Shown here piece by piece: positions 21,647 to 31,366 of a stretch of 64,000 nt of DNA. The stretch is from Candidatus Poribacteria bacterium (GTDB lineage: Bacteria; Poribacteria; WGA-4E; UBA9662), in NCBI GenBank assembly GCA_036339735.1, contig JAYZAL010000038.1, forward strand, positions 11,023 to 75,022, in the 5' to 3' direction. The translations under genes were made by a program, and so were the position numbers. Positions within the stretch are counted from its first letter, which is position 1; the number at the start of each line of letters is the position of its first letter. Below the pieces are notes generated by a model. That model ran no database searches. It saw nothing but the letters and a program-made list of their open reading frames with translations, and was not told the origin of the DNA.

Positions 21647-22346
21647 TACTTTCTCCCTGAGTCATTAGTGAACTAGTTTCTAGCTTAAATGCCTGACTAT
21701 AGCACTTTAGCATCGTTGCACCAAAATAAGGGTTTCTCACCTCGGCCACCGATTGTAACCAGACTCCTTTTTGTGGTACGTGTGGGGCCATACCACACAC
21801 AAATCCGTAAACTTTCACAGGAAGAGCTAATTTATGTAGCCAATCCAATAAGCTATGGCTTAAAAAACCGTAATGCTTACGAGCATCTTGTATGGAGCTA
21901 GAAGAGGATAATTGATGACCATACTGATGGATTTTTTCTAGAATCTGAATTATCTTAAGGTCTTCTTGGTTCGTTACACTTTTTAGCTGATCTAAGGCAG
22001 ATAAAAATGTGTGGGATTGAGAGGGAATCGTATCGTATTTGTCCTTAGCTAGCCGATTACCAACGGCAAAGTAAGCTTCTAACATATTTTGTAAGTATTT
22101 AATTGCTTCGTTGGATAAGGCTAAGGTTGAACCTTTCGGCATTTTAGCCCTTTCGCTTTGCCGAATTAGCAGAGTATTTTTTGATTGATCTAGATTAGTT
22201 GAATCTATTTTTGCCGATGTGGGTTGAGCAGGATGGATATTCGAACTATTGGGTGCAGAGTGATGACTACAACCAAAGATGAACGCAAATACAAGGGCCG
22301 TAATGATCGAAATTAACATATGAATTAGTCGAATGAGGTTTCTCAT
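21636..22346 (-). CDS. Lipoprotein of unknown function (possible periplasmic metal-resistance accessory, DUF3347-like?)
   Basis: Signal peptide plus lipobox 'FGCS'. Sits in the operon between the membrane protein and the efflux genes. The family assignment is a guess. Confidence 0.35.
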   Translation of the reverse strand: MRNLIRLIHMLISIITALVFAFIFGCSHHSAPNSSNIHPAQPTSAKIDSTNLDQSKNTLLIRQSERAKMPKGSTLALSNEAIKYLQNMLEAYFAVGNRLAKDKYDTIPSQSHTFLSALDQLKSVTNQEDLKIIQILEKIHQYGHQLSSSSSIQDARKHYGFLSHSLLDWLHKLALPVKVYGFVCGMAPHVPQKGVWLQSVAEVRNPYFGATMLKCYSQAFKLETSSLMTQGESNDQ

Positions 22347-22497
22347 AACAATCTCCTATCTTAACCATAAATTATCCAAGTCTTAGATGGTTCAATTGAT
22401 GATTTGGTGACTAAAAAGCACTGGGACTGGGGTCAGGTCCTCCCCAGTAAATGGGGGCCTCAGACCAAGTAATAAAAAATAAACCGGATTCTAATTT

Positions 22498-22920
22498 CTA
22501 AGACAGATACGAAAATGGCGGAGAGCGAGGCGAACAAAAATTTAGGAAAGAATCTAAAATGCTTAGTGTGGAATGATGTCCGAACCATAAGTAAGAAACT
22601 GGCTCTACCGAAACCGGATAGGTGAGACTAGCTAGATCTATTACATGGTAGTAGGTATGTGAGTGTGGCGTTTTATTTTTACTTTGGTTAATTACTGATT
22701 TAATAGAACAACAATTGGTTTTGGTGTTCTTCGGTTCTGAATCAGGTCGATCTGTTTGATAGCAACAAAAAGAAATTTGATGAAATTTGGCAGTTTTGGA
22801 GAGATGGTCTTCGATTTGGTTGCAACTATCTAGACCACCCCAAGCACACACCACCCAGCAGGAAAAGTATACTGGCAAGGCAATAAGCGCCAGAATTGTT
22901 TTTCTTCTACGCTCTGTCAT
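22498..22920 (-). CDS. Small Cys/His-rich exported protein, hypothetical
   Basis: N-terminal hydrophobic segment. Eight Cys including two CC pairs, and an 'HSHTYYH' stretch. The composition is partly low-complexity and it may not be real. Confidence 0.25.
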   Translation of the reverse strand: MTERRRKTILALIALPVYFSCWVVCAWGGLDSCNQIEDHLSKTAKFHQISFCCYQTDRPDSEPKNTKTNCCSIKSVINQSKNKTPHSHTYYHVIDLASLTYPVSVEPVSYLWFGHHSTLSILDSFLNFCSPRSPPFSYLS

Positions 22921-23026
22921 ATTTTCTATACTAACCTAATCCCAATATAAAAAACAAATATACTCAAAATAGTCATGGCCAGCCTTTAGTTGAAAAAACA
23001 AACTTTACTCCACATCTTTTCATTGA

Positions 23027-24970
23027 TCACCAATTTTTGAATGCATACATAGGTTGTCCAGTGATTAAGCTCAGTATGCTCCAGAAACTACCCAAAACAA
23101 ACTCACCCAAAATCAGTCCAATGAAAAATGGTAATGCCGTTCGATAAACACGTATCCCTCCTAATTTCAGCATTAATAGTTTTAGAGCCCAACCACATAA
23201 AACTGAAGACCAGATCCAGTTCATAGCATAATCATCGGCTAAGGTGTAACCAAGCGGGTGGATCTGCCACCATATCAATCTCGATCGAACTATTAGCATT
23301 ATTAAAGTTAAGCAGAAACCGAGAGCAACTGCAATCAATGCCGGAATATCTGGCGGGTCAGGATAGGTCAACCAACCTTCTAACAGTGTATAAGGTTCTC
23401 TACCAAAGGCAGAAACCGCGTAGCTGGCAATTCCTCGGGATCCACCTTCCAAGTAAAAAGCATCTAATAATTTCCACCAGACAGTGATAGCACCAATGGC
23501 TGAGCCAACAATTAGAGCGAAAAATATGCGACGACTCGAAAATTTCTGGACTTGTGCTAATTTTAAACTTTCTAGCTGTACTGGCATCGGATGGCATCGA
23601 TAAGCTCGATTAAACCAAGAGAAGATCGACAAAAGTGTCAGATTTTGATTACCAACTAACTGAGTACCTGTAGCAAAAACGACCAATCTCTGTGGCCCCA
23701 TGAAATGTAGGTCATGAACTGGAGCACCTAGTTCCGCACGAATCCGAGATAATCCAATTGACAAGGTGAAATAAAGCGAAAAGAAAGCCAAGGCAATCCA
23801 TACTGACATACCAGCATAAATAGAAAATCCGATGAGAAAAAGGCTACCTACAGACACGTAGATAAAAGCATAACGCATCGAAATAGGTCCCTCACTATCC
23901 GTATTAGTAGACCGATAAGCTTCAAGTAAGGCATTAATAAAATGGTGTCGACCTGCAAATAGGACAAAAGCAAAAATACCCATATAGGCACCAAATGACT
24001 GGTGACGAGAATAGGGAAATTGAGGTAATGTACGCCAGCCGAAAGCAGATCCCATCACTTTCAGCCCCTTCATCAACCAATAGAAAAACCAGCAGGAAAA
24101 AGAGAGTTCATGAGGTATTAAAAAAGCCATTGAAACAACAAAAGGAAAAATTCTAACTGGAGTAGGGCCAATCGATTTCCAAGGCGAATCAGTGACAACA
24201 GACCTTAGGTCCAAGCTCCAGATTAGTATCGGTAGATGGGGGAACAGATAGGCTAGTCCATTGTATAGCGTAATGATCGCTGTTACAATAAAACCAACCC
24301 AGAACGGGTATAAGCGTAGGATTTGGTTTTTTGAATCCAATAAGGAAAGTGGTAACTGAGTAATGGGATAAGTTAATCGTTCATGCTCTACCCATTGGCG
24401 ACGCAAAATGGCAGATAAACCTGCTGTTACAAAGATAATAGCCATCAAAAAACTTGTCCAAGCACCAATAACAGGTAGCCAATGTATCAAGTACGCTCCA
24501 AATCGATCCTCTCCTTTATAAAAACCATTTAGAATACTACGATCATGAATGACCCACCAATCAGGCAAATAGCTCAGAAACAATTTATCCCATTCATTTT
24601 CTGGTGTAGCAAACCAAGTTGGGTAAGCTGTAATAGGAACGAGTACCTGTAGCATGTCTACACCTGCTACAGCAGTTCCAATCGTCATAATTGCGTAAAT
24701 AATAGATAATTCGGTGGTACTTAGGAAGTAGGGTTTCCAAGATTGAGGTAATGATTTCTGCAGAACAACCAAAACAAATAGCAATGCTACGACGTGGAAG
24801 AATATGGACATGGCCGTCGGGTACGATGCTCCACCAACAGCTGTTCCACCTCCCTGCGTAGAACCACCGCTCAGCATTTCCATCTTTAACATCCAAATAA
24901 CGGAAATAGGAACTAGTACATACCCAATTAGCTGTGCACGTATCCTTGTGTCTTGGTTTTTCAATAACAT
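23027..24970 (-). CDS. Large polytopic integral membrane protein (647 aa), family unknown
   Basis: More than twelve predicted hydrophobic helices. Gly-rich 'GGSTQGGGTAVGGASYP' loop. First gene of the copper-efflux-like operon. A paralogous C-terminal fragment occurs at 2351-2572. Confidence 0.5.
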   Translation of the reverse strand: MLLKNQDTRIRAQLIGYVLVPISVIWMLKMEMLSGGSTQGGGTAVGGASYPTAMSIFFHVVALLFVLVVLQKSLPQSWKPYFLSTTELSIIYAIMTIGTAVAGVDMLQVLVPITAYPTWFATPENEWDKLFLSYLPDWWVIHDRSILNGFYKGEDRFGAYLIHWLPVIGAWTSFLMAIIFVTAGLSAILRRQWVEHERLTYPITQLPLSLLDSKNQILRLYPFWVGFIVTAIITLYNGLAYLFPHLPILIWSLDLRSVVTDSPWKSIGPTPVRIFPFVVSMAFLIPHELSFSCWFFYWLMKGLKVMGSAFGWRTLPQFPYSRHQSFGAYMGIFAFVLFAGRHHFINALLEAYRSTNTDSEGPISMRYAFIYVSVGSLFLIGFSIYAGMSVWIALAFFSLYFTLSIGLSRIRAELGAPVHDLHFMGPQRLVVFATGTQLVGNQNLTLLSIFSWFNRAYRCHPMPVQLESLKLAQVQKFSSRRIFFALIVGSAIGAITVWWKLLDAFYLEGGSRGIASYAVSAFGREPYTLLEGWLTYPDPPDIPALIAVALGFCLTLIMLIVRSRLIWWQIHPLGYTLADDYAMNWIWSSVLCGWALKLLMLKLGGIRVYRTALPFFIGLILGEFVLGSFWSILSLITGQPMYAFKNW

Positions 24971-25279
24971 TTGATTTTGAATATAAGGCTCCCTTGGTCT
25001 GGTGTCTCAAATGATATGAAATCGGAGGGACTTAGTAGTTTACCCAAATTGGAATCCCTATTTATCAACATTTTTCTTGAAAATTGTTATTATGGTCTCA
25101 GCCCAAAAGTCTTACGTTATTCCGAATTGACTTAGTGGTATTGACTAAGCTCTGAGAGCAAATTAGAATAGAACCAGATCTAACAGGTTTTGAGAATTTA
25201 TCGATGATATTGGCAGTAAATTCTAATTTATTATGCTAGACTTTTCTTTCAGACATGCATTTTAATATTAGTCTTTATC

Positions 25280-26716
25280 TTATTTAGTTTGGTAACGAAT
25301 AAAATGTTTTCCAGCATCAACAATTGTTTCAAAATATCCAGTAGCAACAGATGCAGATAGAGCTGCACCCACAGCAGCTTCCTCTGTGTGTATTGGTATC
25401 GACATAGAAGTCGAAAACTTACTTTCAATCGATTTTTGTAAGACTCTATTACGCCGAATACCATTACCTGCCCCTACGAGCTTGGTTCGTTCAGACAAAC
25501 CGGACCTCTTCATTTGTTGATGGAAAACGTCAAATTCATTGGCTATGCCTTCTAGAAGGGAACGTGCAAAATGACCGATTGTGAAGTTAGTTTCACTGAT
25601 GCCTGACCAAATACCTCTTCGATCCGGTTGCTTCCGAGAACCACCGAATATAGGCTCACACCTTAACCCTTCTGATTCGCCAGGGATACAGTCAGCCAGT
25701 TGGTTCAAAATCAAGTAAAGATCACTTGTATTCTGATTTGGTTCTATACCGAAGACCGATTGGCCAATTTGTTGAACGAAATGCTTGAGCGAACGATAAG
25801 ACCTGCCACCACATAAGCCGGCGCCAACTAATAGATAACCATCTGACAGAAAGGGTCGAATGTCTAAAGATTCATTTTGATGCAGATTCGGTACAAAAGC
25901 AGAAATTTGGCCACCAGTTCCAACGTTGACCAGAATACTATTTTTAGGATCATCCACACTTCCGGCAAAACTGGCTTGATTGTCCCCACAAGCCACTGAA
26001 ACTGGAACTCCATCTAACGAGTCTAGTTTTTTGACCATACCAGCCACACTACAATTTTCTGAAACAAAAGGGAAATGGGTTGTGGGTAAATTCAACGACT
26101 TGAGAAAGTCTGTGTTCCAGGAGTTATTCGTGATATTGAAACAGCCAGAACTAGCAGCATTGGTTCGATCAGTCGTAGGTGTACTTTGGCACAATTGACT
26201 AACAAGATAATCTGGAGCGAAACAGGCTTGCGTGTTAGCTGGCAGACGACCATTTTCTGAAAGCCAAAATAAAGTCGTTCCCATATATCCAGTTGAAGGT
26301 AAAGAATTAGACTGAGTCGAATTAGCTACTGATCGCATTCGCTGAACATATGTTAAATTGCCAGAATGAATCTGACTCCCACGTTTATCTTGCCAACCGA
26401 TAAAGTTTGAGCATGGTTGGTAGTTTTTGTCCAGTAAAGCCATGCCGTGCATCTGTCCAGTCACACCAATTCCTCTAATCTCTCGATTTGGTATTCCAGT
26501 TGTTATGTTGACCAGTAGATTTAAAGCTAAACTAATCATTCGGTCCAAATCCCATTCTGAATAATTCGGTTGGCCTGATATATCTATCTGACTGTCATTA
26601 TCTATGCTCAATTGCCGAAGAACAGGACTACGGTTAGGAAAGTTCACCACATTCAGATCAATTAGGACAGTACTGATAGAAGTCGTCCCAAGATCAATTC
26701 CAACAAATTTAGACAT
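25280..26716 (-). CDS. FGGY-family carbohydrate kinase (xylulokinase/L-xylulose kinase-like)
   Basis: 'MSKFVGIDLGTTSISTVLID' FGGY N-terminal motif. C-terminal 'GAALSASVATGYF'. Start trimmed to ATG (MSKF). Confidence 0.65.
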   Translation of the reverse strand: MSKFVGIDLGTTSISTVLIDLNVVNFPNRSPVLRQLSIDNDSQIDISGQPNYSEWDLDRMISLALNLLVNITTGIPNREIRGIGVTGQMHGMALLDKNYQPCSNFIGWQDKRGSQIHSGNLTYVQRMRSVANSTQSNSLPSTGYMGTTLFWLSENGRLPANTQACFAPDYLVSQLCQSTPTTDRTNAASSGCFNITNNSWNTDFLKSLNLPTTHFPFVSENCSVAGMVKKLDSLDGVPVSVACGDNQASFAGSVDDPKNSILVNVGTGGQISAFVPNLHQNESLDIRPFLSDGYLLVGAGLCGGRSYRSLKHFVQQIGQSVFGIEPNQNTSDLYLILNQLADCIPGESEGLRCEPIFGGSRKQPDRRGIWSGISETNFTIGHFARSLLEGIANEFDVFHQQMKRSGLSERTKLVGAGNGIRRNRVLQKSIESKFSTSMSIPIHTEEAAVGAALSASVATGYFETIVDAGKHFIRYQTK

Positions 26717-26893
26717 ATCACCGCTCAAATAGTTGATTAACAATTCGATCCATAAGATTGCAAAGAGAGCCGCTCATTATAGGTCAGTCGAGTTTATTGG
26801 TCAAACCACAGGTAATTTATTATAGATAACACGTACCAGAAATTAGGTCGACTGATAATCACCCTGACCATTATGGTAATCTTTTAAGAATAC

Positions 26894-27694
26894 TTGAAAG
26901 GATCAATTATGAGTTCGATCATCCAAACAAATAAGAACATTACGACTAAACTCAACCTCTTTCTCTTATCCTTTTATTTTATCTTCTTTTTAGCGACGAT
27001 CAATCTTGAAGCTGGAGATCTGGTTCTACATCTAACTTTCGATAAGTTCTCCGGGCCTGTTGTGAAAGACCAATCAGGTTTTGGTCATAACGCAACTTTT
27101 AATGTTCAGCCTAGAGAAACTAAAGGCCCATTGGGTAATCAGGCCGCAAAACTGGATGGTGTCAGTTGGGCAGAAATTGAAGATAGCGACGATCTTGATT
27201 TGATGACAGCTTTGACCATCGAGGCTTGGGTGTTTATTAGTTCTGATGAGAAACAAATCGTGGTGGAGAAAGGTGCTACTTGGAAAAGAGATGGCGAATA
27301 CAGTCTATTATTTTACGAAAAGCGAAGACCCGTAATTCAGGCACAAGACCTTGCTGATAATTGTGATGATGAAGCGGTAGGCGATGAAATACCACGTGAT
27401 ACTTGGACACATATAGCCGGTACCTGGGATAGTAAAGCCTTCAAATTATATATCAATGGTGAATTGAATCTAGAACTTGAGTGTGCCGGAAAACTATTAA
27501 AAAGCCAGGAATCTTTGTATATTGGTAGTCGAGGAGGAGGCCTCCGTTTTCTCAAAGGATCTATTGACGATTTACGGATTTATAACTATGCATTAGAAAA
27601 TAAGCAAATTCGAATGGACATGGAAAATAAGCTATTGATCTCGAAAAAAGAGAAGATCGCAACCACTTGGGGAAGAGTCAAGGCAGTCAGGTAG
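26894..27694 (+). CDS. Secreted LamG (Laminin_G_3 / concanavalin-A-like) domain protein
   Basis: Signal peptide. 'LTIEAWVFIS', 'WTHIAGTWD...KLYINGEL', 'GSIDDLRIYNYAL', the canonical Laminin_G_3 C-terminal motif. ATG 26909 has a better Shine-Dalgarno. Confidence 0.7.
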   Translation: MKGSIMSSIIQTNKNITTKLNLFLLSFYFIFFLATINLEAGDLVLHLTFDKFSGPVVKDQSGFGHNATFNVQPRETKGPLGNQAAKLDGVSWAEIEDSDDLDLMTALTIEAWVFISSDEKQIVVEKGATWKRDGEYSLLFYEKRRPVIQAQDLADNCDDEAVGDEIPRDTWTHIAGTWDSKAFKLYINGELNLELECAGKLLKSQESLYIGSRGGGLRFLKGSIDDLRIYNYALENKQIRMDMENKLLISKKEKIATTWGRVKAVR

Positions 27695-27781
27695 ATAACC
27701 ACGTCTATCACTTATTCCGTAATTATTTGAACTTAACTAACCCGTGACGGCCTACGCTTTTATGATAGGAGATAATGTTCG

Positions 27782-28768
27782 ATGAATTCTGTTCCAACCA
27801 AATTTACTCGTTTAGATATGAATCGATTAATCACCTTTACACAACAAGCATTCCAAAAGGTCGGTACGAACGAAAAGGATGCGTCTCTTATGGCCAAACT
27901 ATTGGTCGAAACTGATCTTCGTGGTGTCTTTAGCCATGGTACCCGTCAGCTTGATGGTTATATTCAAATGATGATAGACCAAAAGGTTAATCCTAGACCA
28001 AATATTCAAAATGAAGTGAGTAGTCAGACTACTGCTATCTTTGATGGTGATGGTGGGATGGGCCATTTACCATCCTACCAAGCTGCACAATTCGTCGTAG
28101 AGGCGGCTAAATCGTTTGGTATCGCTGGCGCGGTAACTCGAAACCATTTCCACTTTGGAGCAGCTGGAACATACTCACGTCTAGCTTTAGAACAAGACTG
28201 CATTGGGTTCTCGACTTCAGCTCACCGATTTAGGCCTAGCAAGGATCATTCGATCCTCTCCGCATCTGGCGCATCCCCCATTAGTTTTGCTATTCCTGCA
28301 GGTAAACAGCCTCCAATAGTCATTGATATGGGTGCCTACCTTGGTGGTTCGGGCGAGTTGTCCCAAGATCAGCTATTCAAATATATTCCAGCCACGTTTT
28401 TTAAATTTATTGGTCTAGGAGCAGCTGCACATATGATGGGTGGGTTTATGGCTGGCATTTGGATGTCTGACCCAGAAATCGATCAGAATGCATGGGAGGG
28501 GGCCAACCAAGGAGCCTTTATTTGTGCCATTGACATTTCACGGTTTCGCGATTTGGAACATTTCAAACAAGAAGTTGATCGACATCAAAAAGATATTCAA
28601 CAAATGATACCTGCACCTGGATACGACCACGCTAATCTCCCTGGCACTTTAGAATACCAAAGAGAAAAAGAATGGGCACAAATAGGAATTCCGATTGGTA
28701 TCGATCACCAATCAATACTCAATGTAGTTGCCAACAAAATAGGCTTGGAACCACTGTTTAGTAATTAA
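27782..28768 (+). CDS. Ldh_2 family (malate/L-lactate/sulfolactate/diketogulonate dehydrogenase-type) oxidoreductase
   Basis: 'DLRGVFSHGTRQLDGYIQMM' resembles the Ldh_2 active-site His region. AGGAG Shine-Dalgarno. Confidence 0.6.
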   Translation: MNSVPTKFTRLDMNRLITFTQQAFQKVGTNEKDASLMAKLLVETDLRGVFSHGTRQLDGYIQMMIDQKVNPRPNIQNEVSSQTTAIFDGDGGMGHLPSYQAAQFVVEAAKSFGIAGAVTRNHFHFGAAGTYSRLALEQDCIGFSTSAHRFRPSKDHSILSASGASPISFAIPAGKQPPIVIDMGAYLGGSGELSQDQLFKYIPATFFKFIGLGAAAHMMGGFMAGIWMSDPEIDQNAWEGANQGAFICAIDISRFRDLEHFKQEVDRHQKDIQQMIPAPGYDHANLPGTLEYQREKEWAQIGIPIGIDHQSILNVVANKIGLEPLFSN

Positions 28769-29100
28769 TTGATTTCATAGTGATGGATTAAGCGAATTGA
28801 AATTTTCTTGGTTGAAAAGGAATAATCAAGGAAAAACTGAATTCTATTCTTTGGAATAACCCAAACCATGTCTGTTATTTCTGTTCTGTTATACAAATTC
28901 GATTGAGAATTGCCATATTAAAACCAAATTTTAACGAGATTTTTTATTGTGGTTTGTTTATTTTCGGCATCAGAAATAATTGAGAAATTCTTAGAAGGAT
29001 TCGAGCGTTGTAGGAAGATTTAGTTAATTGGCATAAACACATCTTTCTACCTTTGAATCCAATAAAAATGGATATGATATTGAGAACTCGACCCGAAGCA

Positions 29101-29410
29101 GATTAACACACTTTGGTTCTGGTGCAATCACGGTTTCGGAACTCATAGAAAAATATCCTGAATTGGTACATCCAAATCTTGAGCTGACTAAAGGAGAAGT
29201 AGTTTAGTTTTGTCAATATGAGATAGCTAGAACGGTTGATGACGTGCTTGCAAGACGGTCTCGATCTCTGATAACCAATGCGAAGGCTGCTTCAGAAGCC
29301 GCAGAGGCTGTCGAAAAAACAATGTCCAAAATACTGAAAAATGATGCCTCTTGGGTGGAGCAGCAAATCCTTATCTTCCAGAGTTTAGCCAGAAAATATA
29401 TTAGCACCTA
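29101..29410 (+). pseudogene. C-terminal remnant of FAD-dependent glycerol-3-phosphate dehydrogenase (GlpD-like)
   Basis: Translation 'VSELIEKYPELVHPNLELTKGEVV*FCQYEIARTVDDVLARRSRSLITN...' matches the GlpD C-terminal region ('HPDYPYIEAEVVYAVRHEMARTLEDVLRRRTRL'). An in-frame TAG sits at a Tyr position. No N-terminal FAD domain is found upstream. Confidence 0.5.
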
Positions 29411-29506
29411 GTCTAAGTTCTTAGGTAGGAAAAATTGAAAAATTAAAGATCAAGCTGGACTAGATAATTTTCTTTAAAATTCGTTTTCTATCTAAAGTCT
29501 TTGGTT

Positions 29507-30235
29507 CTAAATGCTTCTTTTTTGGTTGACATATGTCCCAATGTTTTCTACCGTATCAACCCATATATCTCCCTTCTTCAGAAATTGGCACAACTTTTCT
29601 AAAACAGAAATATTGACGGTTTGTTTACCTTGATGGCTAATCTCGTGCCCAAGAAATATTAGCCAAGAATTATTCTTTCGTGCGTAATCTAAATATAGCT
29701 GCACCGTTTCAAAAGTCACATCATCCATATCAAGTGCGGTTACCTGTGCTAGATCCGTGAAGGTTGGATCGTTGGGTACTTCATTGAAGGCATCACGACC
29801 AACAAGGAAATATTCTGCTACCAATGGCACGTAACTCTTGACATCTTTGGATCTTCCAACGAACTTTTGTCCACAAGGGTAGGCAAATGTCTTCGGCTGT
29901 ATGCCTAGTTCTTGTTCGATGCAGGAGTTTGCTTTTAAGATCTCATCTCTCATTTGTTCTAGGTTGTATTCTTCTAGGGGCTTGTGTCTGGCAAAAGAAA
30001 AATTGCCACTACATGGGTGATTGAATGTATGATTACCAACCTCATGCCCATTTTTGATCGCCTGTTCCCACTCAGTTTTTCTACTTCGCATCGGCTGAAT
30101 TGAAACATAAAATGTTGCGTGAATATCATAGCTATCAAGTAATGGAAGACCATAATCAACTTGACTGGGTCTAGCGTCATCAAACGTTAGGCTAAGTGCA
30201 GCCACTTTACCTTCTGGCCAAAATCCAATTGACAT
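29507..30235 (-). CDS. Polysaccharide deacetylase (NodB homology domain)
   Basis: 'LSLTFDDARPSQVDYGLPLLDSYDIHATFYV' NodB motif 1, with downstream His-containing motifs. No signal peptide. Confidence 0.7.
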   Translation of the reverse strand: MSIGFWPEGKVAALSLTFDDARPSQVDYGLPLLDSYDIHATFYVSIQPMRSRKTEWEQAIKNGHEVGNHTFNHPCSGNFSFARHKPLEEYNLEQMRDEILKANSCIEQELGIQPKTFAYPCGQKFVGRSKDVKSYVPLVAEYFLVGRDAFNEVPNDPTFTDLAQVTALDMDDVTFETVQLYLDYARKNNSWLIFLGHEISHQGKQTVNISVLEKLCQFLKKGDIWVDTVENIGTYVNQKRSI

Positions 30236-30238
30236 AAT

Positions 30239-31363
30239 TCAGTTTCCTAGTTTTGAATAAATCCAATCTTTATCTATAATGGCTACATGTAAATCGAAGA
30301 CATCAGGATTTTCCCATCCACTCCGACCGTTGTCACATGTACGATTTGGTCCATAAACACAGTAGCTTATTATTGCCTTCTCATCGTTTAGCCAGTCGCA
30401 TCCAATATTAGTAAAGTTATACTCTTGATGACTAGCTAGATCGCCAACTTTATGCCAAGTACTACCCTGATCCTTTGAAAGAGCAATACTCAACGGTGAG
30501 CGCAATCCATAATGATGATGGACGGGGTCGTACCAGCTGTCATTCCAAAGCAAAATTAGATCTTCAGTGTTAGGAATCGTCCTCAAACAAGTAGATGATT
30601 CTGGAGCCTTCAATCCTGTTGTCTGGGCGAGTTGCCAATTTTCTCCTTCATCATTAGACCTAGACAAAAATACTGATCCTAGCTGAGTTCTCAGCGACAT
30701 CACTAATTCGCCATTTGGCAACTCCGCCACGGAAGATTCCATTGCACCTCGCATGGGAAGATCAAGGGGCTGAGCGTTTCGATTCCAAGTTTGTCCATCG
30801 TCATCACTGTAATAGCAGTGAACAACATTATGTTGCGAAGCTTGGTGGCCTTCCCCACCATGGAATGGTAGCAGAATTCGTCCTGATTGAAGTTGCAACA
30901 AACTGGTAGAACCACCTTGTAGCCACTGACCAGGACTTTTTTGCCAAATTGGGTTTTGCTGATGAAAGGAATATCCACCATCAACTGATCTCAGCACATC
31001 CATGGTACTACTTTCACCACCTGTGTGCCCACGCAAACAAACCAGCAAAATATCACCATTCCTAAGTTTGCGTAGGGCAGGTGCCTGCACATTATTATCA
31101 GACGGGTTACAAGCGACTATTCTTTCCTCGTCTTGCCAAGTCAATCCTCCATCATGAGACCATTTTGCTGCTATATCGCATTTGCCAAAATCACTACTCC
31201 CTCTACTACTGTTACGGTACTTGTGCCATACAGCCAATAGTGAATCATCATCTAGCTGAGCGATAGAGGCGGTATCATTGCGCGGAGTCATTTCACCCGA
31301 CACACCCACAACACTGTATGCGACTTCTGATTGTCTAGTATACAGGCTTAATCTTTTGTCCAT
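30239..31363 (-). CDS. BNR-repeat glycosyl hydrolase (sialidase-like)
   Basis: Five Asp-box BNR repeats: 'SHDGGLTW', 'SVDGGYSF', 'SDDDGQTW', 'SNDEGENW', 'SKDQGSTW'. No signal peptide. Confidence 0.7.
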   Translation of the reverse strand: MDKRLSLYTRQSEVAYSVVGVSGEMTPRNDTASIAQLDDDSLLAVWHKYRNSSRGSSDFGKCDIAAKWSHDGGLTWQDEERIVACNPSDNNVQAPALRKLRNGDILLVCLRGHTGGESSTMDVLRSVDGGYSFHQQNPIWQKSPGQWLQGGSTSLLQLQSGRILLPFHGGEGHQASQHNVVHCYYSDDDGQTWNRNAQPLDLPMRGAMESSVAELPNGELVMSLRTQLGSVFLSRSNDEGENWQLAQTTGLKAPESSTCLRTIPNTEDLILLWNDSWYDPVHHHYGLRSPLSIALSKDQGSTWHKVGDLASHQEYNFTNIGCDWLNDEKAIISYCVYGPNRTCDNGRSGWENPDVFDLHVAIIDKDWIYSKLGN

Positions 31364-31366
31364 TAA

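Noticed and set aside
24990-25060. CueR-style 19-bp-spacer promoter (TTGATA-19-TAAACT on the minus strand) upstream of the 647-aa membrane protein gene
   Set aside because: The -10 is poor and there is no clear dyad in the spacer, so the call is too speculative without a motif search.
25151-25179. Plus-strand TTGACT-17-TAGAAT promoter-like sequence upstream of the copper-efflux-like operon
   Set aside because: It is oriented away from the minus-strand operon and points antisense into the kinase gene. It is probably a chance match in AT-rich DNA, although an antisense RNA cannot be excluded.
26784-26855. Pair of 8-bp inverted segments (TCAGTCGA ... TCGACTGA) 60 bp apart in the kinase/LamG divergent intergenic region
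   Set aside because: It could form a long-range stem or two half-sites, but 8 bp at this spacing is within chance expectation. I noted it only.
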